A stretch of DNA of 30,557 nt from Alphaproteobacteria bacterium (GTDB lineage Bacteria; Pseudomonadota; Alphaproteobacteria; Rs-D84; SZUA-605): the NCBI GenBank assembly GCA_031549385.1, contig JAVBPW010000008.1, forward strand, positions 1 through 30,557, in the 5' to 3' direction. The notes under the pieces were generated by a model. The model was not told the origin of the DNA, did not search any database, and saw nothing but the letters and a program-made list of their open reading frames with translations. Both the position numbers and the translations under genes were made by a program. Of this stretch, positions 19,669 to 27,650 are shown piece by piece. Numbering within the stretch: position 1 is the stretch's first letter; every line of letters starts with the position of its first letter.

Positions 19669-20645
19669 TATTGTCCTTGTTTGAGGATTGATTTTGAATT
19701 AGTTATTCCTACTAAACGATTTTTTGAATCAATTACAAAACAAAAGTCTGTTGCAGAATCTGATAAAGCAGTATGTGCTTCATATGCTGGAGCTTCTTCT
19801 GAAATTGTTGGAATTTTTGTAATTATTTCAGAAACTTTGTTTACTTTTTTAATTAATAGGTCTTGATTTGTTACTGTACCTATTACTTCTTTTTTATCGT
19901 TTTCTATTACAATTACTCCTGGAGTTTTTTGATATGTTTTAAGCAAGTTTTCTAATGTTTCATTTTCTTTTATTTTAATTAATTTAACATTTTTGTCTGT
20001 TAGAGATTTTGCTTTGATTAATGATGAGCCTAGTTTTCCACCTGGGTGCCATTGTTTGTATGCTTCTGGGTTTAATCCCCAACGTTCTGCCATTACGATT
20101 GCTATTGCATCACCTAATGCCAATGTCATTGTAGTTGATACTGTTGGTGCTTTTCCAATTGGACATGCTTCTGGTACATTTACCATAATTAATGGAACAT
20201 CTGCTTTTTTTGCTAATGTAGAATTTGCTACACGGCATACTCCAATTAATGGAATTTTATTTTTGTTACAATAATTTAAAAGGTCAAATAACTCTTTTGA
20301 TTCACCTGAGTTTGATAATGCCATAACTACATCATTTTTTGTTATCATTCCAAGATCACCATGTGATGCTTCTGATGGATGAACAAAGAAAGATGGTGTT
20401 CCCATTGATGCAAATGTTGCTGCCATTTTTTTGCCTACATGACCTGATTTACCAACGCCTGTTACAATTAATTTTCCTTTTTTTTGAACTTCTTCTAATA
20501 AGTGTAGAGTTTTGATAAAGTTCTTAGAAAATTCCTTCTCATTTAATTGATCAGCCATTAATTTGATTGCATGTGATTCTTGGAATAATACTGCTTGAGC
20601 TGATTTGATTCTGTTAAGTGAGTGGTTTAATTGTTTTTCTAACAT
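19668..20645 (-). CDS. kdsD: Arabinose-5-phosphate isomerase KdsD (SIS + tandem CBS)
   Basis: SIS motif GVGKSGHVGKKMAATFASMGTPSFFVHPSEASHGDLGM plus a C-terminal CBS pair. SD AAGGA. Confidence 0.9.
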   Translation of the reverse strand: MLEKQLNHSLNRIKSAQAVLFQESHAIKLMADQLNEKEFSKNFIKTLHLLEEVQKKGKLIVTGVGKSGHVGKKMAATFASMGTPSFFVHPSEASHGDLGMITKNDVVMALSNSGESKELFDLLNYCNKNKIPLIGVCRVANSTLAKKADVPLIMVNVPEACPIGKAPTVSTTMTLALGDAIAIVMAERWGLNPEAYKQWHPGGKLGSSLIKAKSLTDKNVKLIKIKENETLENLLKTYQKTPGVIVIENDKKEVIGTVTNQDLLIKKVNKVSEIITKIPTISEEAPAYEAHTALSDSATDFCFVIDSKNRLVGITNSKSILKQGQ

Positions 20646-20674
20646 TTATTATCCTTATTTTGAGTTATGGTCAG

Positions 20675-20704
20675 ATTATAGCAAAAAATGCCTTAGTAAT
20701 TCAA
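20675..20704 (-). promoter_or_regulatory. Promoter of the kdsD-lptCAB operon
   Basis: The minus strand reads TTGAAT (20704-20699), 18-nt spacer, TATAAT (20680-20675). Confidence 0.6.
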
Positions 20705-20707
20705 GCT

Positions 20708-21799
20708 TTATTTTAGAATCCTTGGTAGTAAATAGTTTAATATTTTTTGCTGTGAGGCTGTCAGTTTGATTGAATTATTTCTTATTTTTATATTGTTTTT
20801 TTCAAGTTCTTTTAAATCGAAAATATTTTCAAATTTTAATCCTGTTTTTTTAACTAACAAATCTTGTTTGAATGGTTTGTTTATTCTTAGGTGCATTAGA
20901 ATTATTTCTGTTGTTCTATCAATATTAGAAATTCTTTTAGGAGTTGTTTGTTTTTCTTCCCATTTATTTATATCAGCTGGATTTTCAAGTTTATACCAAA
21001 TACCGTTTTTTTGAAATCTGGCATGAGCTGAGGGACCTATTGCAAAATAGTTATCACCTTGCCAATAAATTAAGTTATGTTTACATTCAAATCCTTTTTT
21101 ACAATAATTTGATGTTTCATATTTTTTATAACCATTATATTTTAAAATTCTGTTTGTTAGATTATATAATTTTTCATCATTTTTATTTGTTATTCCTGGA
21201 GCATAGATTTTTCCAAACGGAGTAGATTTTTCTATTGTTAATTGATAGATAGATAAATGAGGAAGATTTAGTTTTGCTATTTCTTCAATTTCTTTTTGCC
21301 AGTTATCAATTTTTTGATTTGGAAGGGCATACATAAAGTCACATGAAATATTATCAAATAATGATTTAGTTTCGTTTATTATTTGGATGTTGTCTTTTGT
21401 GTTGTTGATGCGACCTAAGAAGTTTAGGTTTTCATCATTCATGCTTTGACAGCCTATTGAAATTCGGTTTATACCTAAGTTTTTTAAGAATTTTAGTTTA
21501 TCAAAGTTGATTGTTTTTGGATTTACTTCTATTGATATTTCTGCATTTTTATCAATAGTGAAAACTTTTTTTATTTCTTTGAAAAGGTTTAAAAGTAAGT
21601 TTTCTGACATTAATGAGGGTGTGCCACCGCCTATAAATATAGAAGTTAGTTTTTTGTTTTCTACGTCTTTATAGATTTGTAAATCTCTTATATAACCTTT
21701 GAGTAGTTTTTCATCGTCTGCTTTTTCACAAATTGAGTAAAAGTCACAATAAGGACATTTGCGAATGCAATGAGGAAAATGAATGTATAACCCTTGCAT
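20708..21799 (-). CDS. hemW: Radical SAM heme chaperone HemW (HemN-like, oxygen-independent coproporphyrinogen oxidase family)
   Basis: LYIHFPHCIRKCPYCDF CxxxCxxC radical-SAM cluster motif. The preferred start is ATG 21799 (MQGLYIHFP) rather than the GTG 21811 used by the track. Confidence 0.88.
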   Translation of the reverse strand: MQGLYIHFPHCIRKCPYCDFYSICEKADDEKLLKGYIRDLQIYKDVENKKLTSIFIGGGTPSLMSENLLLNLFKEIKKVFTIDKNAEISIEVNPKTINFDKLKFLKNLGINRISIGCQSMNDENLNFLGRINNTKDNIQIINETKSLFDNISCDFMYALPNQKIDNWQKEIEEIAKLNLPHLSIYQLTIEKSTPFGKIYAPGITNKNDEKLYNLTNRILKYNGYKKYETSNYCKKGFECKHNLIYWQGDNYFAIGPSAHARFQKNGIWYKLENPADINKWEEKQTTPKRISNIDRTTEIILMHLRINKPFKQDLLVKKTGLKFENIFDLKELEKNNIKIRNNSIKLTASQQKILNYLLPRILK

Positions 21800-21945
21800 T
21801 AGAAACTCCACATAATGGGCTGCGATTTTGCAAATTTGAAAATTTTAACTTGGTCAACGTAACCGCATGTATGCCTCCCGCGTGAAAATTTTTGTTTTAC
21901 AATTCTCGCTCCATTCTTTGAAGTTTCTGACTTTTCTATTTTCAT
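21799..21945 (-). CDS. Small basic hypothetical protein, 48 aa, translationally coupled on both sides (not in the ORF track)
   Basis: Hand translation: MKIEKSETSKNGARIVKQKFSRGRHTCGYVDQVKIFKFAKSQPIMWSF. Its ATG overlaps the queH TGA (ATGA) and its TAA overlaps the hemW ATG (TAATG). Locally higher GC. Confidence 0.4.
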   Translation of the reverse strand: MKIEKSETSKNGARIVKQKFSRGRHTCGYVDQVKIFKFAKSQPIMWSF

Positions 21946-22514
21946 TTATTTCCTTTGTTTCGAATACTGAATTCACAACCACAATAGTTTTGATTGTAGA
22001 TATCATATTTGGTTATTAAATCTTTCTTTCTTTGTGGATTTGAAATTTCTTTCCAATTATAATCAAAATATGGGAGGTTGTTTTTTATCTCAGATGCAGC
22101 TTTATTTACTTGATTTATGTCTTTGAAACGAGAAATACCTAATGTAGATGAAATTATATCAAAGTTGTTTTCTTTTGCATATTGGAAAGCTTTTTTTAAT
22201 CTCATAGCAAAACACTTTTCACAACGTTTTCCTTGCTCTGGTTCAGATTCTAATCCATTTATTTCTTTTAAATAATCTTGATGATTTGGTTTTATTTCTG
22301 AAAAACTAACGTCTAATTCTTTACAAAGTCTTTTATTTGTATCTAATCTTTTTTGATATTCGGTTTCGGGAAATATGTTTGGATTGTAAAAAAGAACTTC
22401 AAAATTTATATCGTTGTTTTTTAATAAAGTTATTATTTCTATACTGCATGGAGCACAGCAAGATAGAAGCAATAATTTTTTGTTTTTCAAAGTTGCAATT
22501 GACATTTGGTTCAT
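21942..22514 (-). CDS. queH: Epoxyqueuosine reductase QueH (DUF208)
   Basis: CCAPCS, YNPNI.P..EY, CEKCF..RL and YCGCEFS motifs in the QueH order. The start is uncertain: ATG 22514 or 22505 is preferred over the TTG 22550 used by the track. Confidence 0.8.
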   Translation of the reverse strand: MNQMSIATLKNKKLLLLSCCAPCSIEIITLLKNNDINFEVLFYNPNIFPETEYQKRLDTNKRLCKELDVSFSEIKPNHQDYLKEINGLESEPEQGKRCEKCFAMRLKKAFQYAKENNFDIISSTLGISRFKDINQVNKAASEIKNNLPYFDYNWKEISNPQRKKDLITKYDIYNQNYCGCEFSIRNKGNK

Positions 22515-22560
22515 AGAACTTAAAATAGAGGAACATATCAGGATTTTCAAGGAGATAAGT

Positions 22561-23661
22561 TTGAAGAAGTTTTTATTAGTTTTTGGCAGTTTAGTTTTAT
22601 TATCAAGTTTTGCATCTGCGGCTTCTCCTTGGGCTTATAAATTTAATGGGTATCTTAATAACATTGTGGCTTATGGCGACTTAGAAAGATACAGTACAAC
22701 TGATAATAAATTTAAGTATTCTTTAGATGCTCGAGTTTTAGGGGAACTTTCTTATAAGAGTAGGGATTTTACTATTGGACTTAGAGCAGAAGCAGAATCA
22801 GATTATATCTTTAAAGAAGGTTATGTTTTTTTACAATTTCCTTTTATCAGATTTGAAGCAGGACGAGCTTTAAATTTGGCAGAAAAACTTCATGTTGCAG
22901 TGCCAGAAGCTTCTTTTTCTCGTTTTAATAATGATAGCTATATTTATGATCTGGTGAATAATACTCAGGTTGCTCATTTGACTACTACTGCTCTTAATTC
23001 TGATGATAAATCTCAAAAATTGTCTATTATTTCTTCTAAATGGAAAGGGTTTCAAATAGGGGCTTCTTATGCTCCAGGGCAAGCTTCAGGTTATAATAAA
23101 AAATATGAATTTTATGATGACGAAAATGATGGGCATTTTGAAAATTCCTATTCTGCTGGAATTAGATTTATGCAAGATTGGGGATATTATAAATTGGCTG
23201 TTTCTGGTGGTTTTTTAGAAACTAATAAAGCTAATGATATAAGGATTGATCTTAGTGGAGTTAAAGATAGTTTTGAAAAAAGAACTGAATATTCTTCTGG
23301 TATTAATCTTACTCTTGGAAATGTTGTTATTGGGGCAGCTGGACGTATTATAAATGAAGTAGCTCCTTATAACCCTTCTGGGAATTCATATGAAGGATAT
23401 GTGGCAGCTGGTGGAATTTCTTATACTTTCTTACAATATGCAGTTTCCTTCGATTACCAAAGGTCTGTTATGGCTGGACAGTATAATATTGAGGGAGATG
23501 ACATAGTTAACCTTTATCAAGTGTCTTTTAAGTATAATCCTAAGAAAAAGTGGCATTTATGGCTTTCTGTAGGGTATATTGATATGTATGATGAGACTGA
23601 GTTGGAGGAAAATGAGACTAAGGGAGTGGTTGGTTTGTTAGGATTAACATACGTTTTCTAA
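22561..23661 (+). CDS. Outer-membrane porin-like beta-barrel protein
   Basis: A TTG start at 22561, 6 nt after SD AAGGAG, gives the signal peptide MKKFLLVFGSLVLLSSFASAA. Alternating beta-strand pattern. C-terminus GLLGLTYVF with terminal Phe. The N-terminal extension in the track overlaps queH and is rejected. Confidence 0.75.
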   Translation: MKKFLLVFGSLVLLSSFASAASPWAYKFNGYLNNIVAYGDLERYSTTDNKFKYSLDARVLGELSYKSRDFTIGLRAEAESDYIFKEGYVFLQFPFIRFEAGRALNLAEKLHVAVPEASFSRFNNDSYIYDLVNNTQVAHLTTTALNSDDKSQKLSIISSKWKGFQIGASYAPGQASGYNKKYEFYDDENDGHFENSYSAGIRFMQDWGYYKLAVSGGFLETNKANDIRIDLSGVKDSFEKRTEYSSGINLTLGNVVIGAAGRIINEVAPYNPSGNSYEGYVAAGGISYTFLQYAVSFDYQRSVMAGQYNIEGDDIVNLYQVSFKYNPKKKWHLWLSVGYIDMYDETELEENETKGVVGLLGLTYVF

Positions 23662-23667
23662 AAATAC

Positions 23668-23696
23668 TTGACAAATATTAAGTTTTATGCTATATT
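23668..23696 (+). promoter_or_regulatory. Promoter of cassette gene F
   Basis: TTGACAAA (23668-23675), 17-nt spacer, TATATT (23691-23696). Confidence 0.6.
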
Positions 23697-23704
23697 ATTA
23701 GTAT

Positions 23705-23715
23705 AAACTTAAAAA
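23705..23715 (+). promoter_or_regulatory. Conserved leader motif AAACTTAAAAA (gene F)
   Basis: Exact 11-mer, 8 nt after the -10 and 10 nt before ATG 23726. No SD. Confidence 0.7.
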
Positions 23716-23725
23716 TCAAAAAAAC

Positions 23726-24172
23726 ATGAATATAACTGAGAAAGTCCGGGAGAACCTGGAAAAATATAAGCCGCTGGGTGTGACAGAAAAGGAATTGTTT
23801 GCTTTTCCTACCCAATTAGGTAGGGATCTTTGGCAGCTTGAAAGCAAATTTGTGGAGATTGTCCGCAGAAGAAATGCTACCTATCTTAGGTATTGGATAT
23901 TCGATAAAGGGCGGTTGCCCAAGCAAAAATACCGGAAGTTGCCGGTAAGCCAAATACAAGGGGAAGACATTGTTAAAGTTTTTTTCCTGAAAGATTGGAA
24001 TCTTTTGCTTGAGCAATACTTGATAACTGAGGGGCATTTGCCAGATCCGTTTGTTCATCTTGCTTTTTTATCAGGACATTTCAAAAGATTTTGTACTGAT
24101 AGGCGGTTTGAACTGCTTGATCATCAGAAAAAGCAATACGCTTATTATAGCAATTTAATGAAGGGGGAGTAA
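23726..24172 (+). CDS. Hypothetical protein, 148 aa (cassette gene F)
   Basis: Long ORF with its own promoter, leader and terminator. Its first 60 nt are 26/60 G+C by hand count, against 14/60 for the first 60 nt of lptA. Confidence 0.75.
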   Translation: MNITEKVRENLEKYKPLGVTEKELFAFPTQLGRDLWQLESKFVEIVRRRNATYLRYWIFDKGRLPKQKYRKLPVSQIQGEDIVKVFFLKDWNLLLEQYLITEGHLPDPFVHLAFLSGHFKRFCTDRRFELLDHQKKQYAYYSNLMKGE

Positions 24173-24190
24173 TCTCCCTTTCTTTTTTAT
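24161..24190 (+). terminator. Rho-independent terminator of gene F
   Basis: GGGAG (24165-24169) / CTCCC (24174-24178) with the stop codon in the loop, then TTTCTTTTTT. Confidence 0.6.
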
Positions 24191-24194
24191 CTGA

Positions 24195-24223
24195 TTGACA
24201 AAATTTAACGTAGTTGTTATGGT
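24195..24223 (+). promoter_or_regulatory. Promoter of cassette gene G
   Basis: TTGACAAA (24195-24202), 17-nt spacer, TATGGT (24218-24223). Confidence 0.55.
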
Positions 24224-24243
24224 TGTTTCATCTGATAATCTTT

Positions 24244-24254
24244 AAACTTAAAAA
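24244..24254 (+). promoter_or_regulatory. Conserved leader motif AAACTTAAAAA (gene G)
   Basis: Exact 11-mer, 4 nt before ATG 24259. No SD. Confidence 0.7.
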
Positions 24255-24258
24255 TAAT

Positions 24259-24744
24259 ATGAATAAAAAATTTGAAGCGTCTTGGGTTGCCACTACGGTG
24301 GAGGCTAATTATCTTTCATTTCCGAAGTATTTGAAGGATATGATTGATTTTGATCAAAATTGGTTTACAGTCATTAATTTCTGGATGATGTGTGATTATG
24401 ATAAATCACGCTTTTCCGATTTTAGCAAAGGTGAGTATTTCTTTGCTTACTTACCTGAAAATGCTCGCGATGAATGTAAAAAATATTTACCGTTTGATGA
24501 AGAAAATGAATTAAGTTTCATTAAGTCGGTATATTTGCGTTGTGAAGACAAAGGATTTGAGTTTTTGAAAACATATTTGCTTTTCAAAAAAGCAATTCTG
24601 GATTTGGTTTTGGATTTTGCTATTTTGACTGGAAATTATGATGTGGTTGATTTTTGTAGCGCTTTTAAGCTTAGTGAAATTCAACAAAAGAAAATTGATT
24701 TCTATGACAAAATTTTGGAAAGAGATTTAGATTTAATTTCTTAA
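24259..24744 (+). CDS. Hypothetical protein, 161 aa (cassette gene G)
   Basis: The track start TTG 24214 lies inside the promoter. ATG 24259 follows the leader motif. The 3' end overlaps the convergent rpe stop by 12 nt. Confidence 0.72.
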   Translation: MNKKFEASWVATTVEANYLSFPKYLKDMIDFDQNWFTVINFWMMCDYDKSRFSDFSKGEYFFAYLPENARDECKKYLPFDEENELSFIKSVYLRCEDKGFEFLKTYLLFKKAILDLVLDFAILTGNYDVVDFCSAFKLSEIQQKKIDFYDKILERDLDLIS

Positions 24745-25359
24745 ATCCGAAATTATTTTTTTGTAATCATTTGATTTGAAAATTGCGCTGCCTACGTCTA
24801 ATAAGTGGGCAGTTTTTTTACATAATTTTGCTGTTTGGATTGTTATACCACCATCCATATGAATTGGAAGTTTTGGATAAAGTTTTTTTATTTCTTTTGC
24901 TTTCTGTAAACCATATTCATCAAATTTTTGTCCACCTGCACCTGCTTTTACTGTCATTACTAAAACAAAGTCCAAATCTTTTAAGAATGGTTTTATTTTT
25001 TCAAGGGGTGTTGGAAGGTCTATTGTTAATCCTGCTTGAATTTTATTTTCTTTTATCAATTTTAATAAAGGTATAGGATTTTTTGTTGTTTCAATATGAA
25101 AACATAACCCCTGAGGTTTTGCTTTGATATATTTTTTTACTTCCTTTTCATTATCTTGAACCATTAATTGAATGTTAATAGGTAAATCAGATATTTTTTT
25201 TACTTTATTTAAAAGCTTTATTCCACCAAATTTATTTGGTACAAATTTTCCATCCATTACGTCATAATGAAGTCCGTCTGCTTTTGCTTTTTTTAAAGCG
25301 TCTAATTCTTCTTTTAATTTTTCTTTATTTATTGATAAAAGAGAAGGGTAGATTAACAT
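24733..25359 (-). CDS. rpe: Ribulose-phosphate 3-epimerase
   Basis: PSLLS...GLHYDVMDGKFVPN...MTV.AGAGGQKF...DGGI motifs. The preferred start is ATG 25359 (SD AAGGAG 8 nt upstream), which overlaps the ftsA stop as TAATG. Confidence 0.9.
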   Translation of the reverse strand: MLIYPSLLSINKEKLKEELDALKKAKADGLHYDVMDGKFVPNKFGGIKLLNKVKKISDLPINIQLMVQDNEKEVKKYIKAKPQGLCFHIETTKNPIPLLKLIKENKIQAGLTIDLPTPLEKIKPFLKDLDFVLVMTVKAGAGGQKFDEYGLQKAKEIKKLYPKLPIHMDGGITIQTAKLCKKTAHLLDVGSAIFKSNDYKKIISDLRN

Positions 25360-26567
25360 TATAGTTTCTCCTTTATCCAATTTTTTAATTGTTCGTAAAA
25401 GCCTTGTTCTGGAGGAGCAATGTCTACAAGTTTGTGATGTTGAGCGTATAATAATGCGCCTATTAAACTTGCTGATTCTGGTCCTGGGTTTTCAAAACCT
25501 TGGATTGACATTGGACGGCCTATTTTACATTCTGATTTAAGATAAGATTCTGCAAGGTAATCTATATTTCTTATGTTTGCTCCACCACCAGTTATAATTA
25601 CATGTTGAAGATTTGTTTTGAAATTCTTTTTTTCTAAGAAATCATTTATGTCTGCAAAATAGCTTGATAAATATTCTGATATGATTGATAGAATTTCATC
25701 CAAGTTATAACTTTTTTCTATTGTCTGTCCGTTTGGTTGAATTTGTCTTAAATTGATACTTCTTAAATGTGCATCATTTGGCTTTATGCAGCTGTTATCT
25801 TTTATTAATTGTAGAGCGTCTTTTTCACTTATATGAAAACGATATATTAATTTTTGAATTATTTGAGCTATACCTTTGTTGAAGATTTCTATTCCAATTA
25901 ATATTCCTTTTGAGAAAAAGACTAGGTTTGTAAAGTGTGAACCTATTTCAATTATCAATGCTTTTTCTGATTGTTTGATATTGTCTGAAAAAGATAATGA
26001 AGATGCATAAGGTGAACATATTATCTTGTTTAAATTAATATGGCAGTTTTGTATCATGTTTTCTATTGTTTTATATTCTTCTTGTGGAAGAGTTATAAAC
26101 AATGTTTGCATTGTTAGGTAACACGCATATGAGCCTATTGGATTCATTGAATATTTTTGGTTGTCCAAAATATAACGTAGGGCAAATGAATGAATTATCT
26201 TTTTATTTATATATTTTTGAGAAGTTAGAGTTTGTGTTAAATTGTCTAAATCTTCTTGTGAAATTGGTTTTGTTAGTGTTAGATTTTTTGTTATTCCTTG
26301 TAGGGAAGTTTCTATATTAAATGAATTTATACAAACGTAGGCGTCTTTAAATTTAAAGTTTGGAATTTCTTTTTCTATTTCATCCATTAAAGTTGCTATC
26401 ATTTTACCAAGTTGACTTGGGGAATTTAATGATATGTATTGTAATTGTGAAAGATTTATTTGTTTTATTGTTATTACTCGTAATGGCTCACGAAGCGCAA
26501 CCAAAATTGTAATCTTGGATGAGCCTATATCAATTATGTTGATGTAGTCTTTTATTTTTTTTGCCAT
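25359..26567 (-). CDS. ftsA: Cell division protein FtsA (actin-like ATPase)
   Basis: IIDIGSSKI phosphate-1 motif, IEIGSHFT, VIITGGGANI adenosine motif, and a C-terminal amphipathic helix FYEQLKNWIKEKL that resembles the FtsA membrane-targeting sequence. Confidence 0.75.
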   Translation of the reverse strand: MAKKIKDYINIIDIGSSKITILVALREPLRVITIKQINLSQLQYISLNSPSQLGKMIATLMDEIEKEIPNFKFKDAYVCINSFNIETSLQGITKNLTLTKPISQEDLDNLTQTLTSQKYINKKIIHSFALRYILDNQKYSMNPIGSYACYLTMQTLFITLPQEEYKTIENMIQNCHINLNKIICSPYASSLSFSDNIKQSEKALIIEIGSHFTNLVFFSKGILIGIEIFNKGIAQIIQKLIYRFHISEKDALQLIKDNSCIKPNDAHLRSINLRQIQPNGQTIEKSYNLDEILSIISEYLSSYFADINDFLEKKNFKTNLQHVIITGGGANIRNIDYLAESYLKSECKIGRPMSIQGFENPGPESASLIGALLYAQHHKLVDIAPPEQGFYEQLKNWIKEKL

Positions 26568-26597
26568 GTTGCTTATAGTATATAATTTTTTTTTACT

Positions 26598-27512
26598 TTA
26601 TTCTAGTACTATATCGGCAGGAAATTTATTTCCTTTCAAAAATTCAGCTGTTTTTAAAGGAGATTTACCTTCTGCTTGAATTTCATTTATTTGTAAGGCT
26701 GTCGAATCGTTACATGATATTAAAAGCGAATCGTTTAATGTTGTTCCATTTTCTTTTATACTGTCTTTATATGATGGAGTTGATGAGATTACTTTATATC
26801 TTTTTCCATTATACATAAAATACATATTTAAATCTGGATAGTATGCTCTTACTTTTCGGTCTATTGCAAATGCATCTTCATTCCAATTAATCTTCAAATC
26901 TTCTTTTGAAATTTTTTGGGTATAAGTAGCGTCTTCATTATCTTGTGGGGTTGGTGTTATTTGGTCTATATGATTTATAACTTCATTTACTAGATATGCT
27001 CCTAAATTAGATAATTCTTCGCATAGTGAATCATAAGTTGTTTCATCGGTGATGCTTACTTTTTCAATTGCTAACATATCGCCTGTGTCCATACCTGCGT
27101 CCATTTGCATAATTGTTACACCTGTTTCTTCATCATTGTTTATTATTGATGAACGAATAGGATTTGGGCCTCGGTATTTTGGCAATATTGATGGGTGAAT
27201 ATTTATACATCCATATTTTGGTGATTGTAAAATTGATGATGGAAGAATTAATCCGTATGCGTAAACGACTGCAATGTCTGCGTCTAAGTCTTTGAACTGT
27301 TTTACTGTTTGTTCATCTTTAAAATTTGATGGAGTAAATACTGGAATTTTTAATTCTTCTGCTTTTATATGTATTGGAGTTTTTTGTAATTCCATTCCAC
27401 GTTTTGCTGGACGAGGTTGTTGAGTATAAACTGCAACAATTTGATGGTTATCAAATAATGTTTGCAATGTTGGAATTGCAAAATCAGGGGTCGCCATAAA
27501 AATTATTTTCAT
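26598..27512 (-). CDS. fmt: Methionyl-tRNA formyltransferase
   Basis: MKIIFMATPDFA..., NIHPSILPKYRGPNPI (formyltransferase HxSLLPxxRG motif) and a C-terminal tRNA-binding domain. SD AAGGA. Confidence 0.92.
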   Translation of the reverse strand: MKIIFMATPDFAIPTLQTLFDNHQIVAVYTQQPRPAKRGMELQKTPIHIKAEELKIPVFTPSNFKDEQTVKQFKDLDADIAVVYAYGLILPSSILQSPKYGCINIHPSILPKYRGPNPIRSSIINNDEETGVTIMQMDAGMDTGDMLAIEKVSITDETTYDSLCEELSNLGAYLVNEVINHIDQITPTPQDNEDATYTQKISKEDLKINWNEDAFAIDRKVRAYYPDLNMYFMYNGKRYKVISSTPSYKDSIKENGTTLNDSLLISCNDSTALQINEIQAEGKSPLKTAEFLKGNKFPADIVLE

Positions 27513-27616
27513 ATAAATTTCCTTTGTTTTTTAGTAGTATAGTTGTTGAATCTAATTAAATCAAGTTTATGAATCTAAAAAATTGAAAAACGACTCTTTT
27601 TTTTTGTAAATATATG

Positions 27617-27625
27617 TGTTATAAT
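27617..27625 (+). promoter_or_regulatory. Extended -10 promoter of the giant surface-protein gene
   Basis: TGtTATAAT (TG 27617-27618, TATAAT 27620-27625), 25 nt upstream of the ATG. SD AAGGAG at 27637-27642. Confidence 0.5.
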
Positions 27626-27650
27626 AAAACTAAGAGAAGGAGAAATTTAC

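Noticed and set aside
21799-21945. Similarity of the 48-aa ORF (SKNGARIVKQKFSRGR) to the C-terminal half of ribosomal protein L34 (TKNGRQVLARRRAKGR)
   Set aside because: The match is a short basic stretch only. The conserved L34 N-terminus (MKRTFQPS..RKR.HGFR) is missing and the genomic context is wrong (no rnpA). It is treated as coincidence pending an HMM search.
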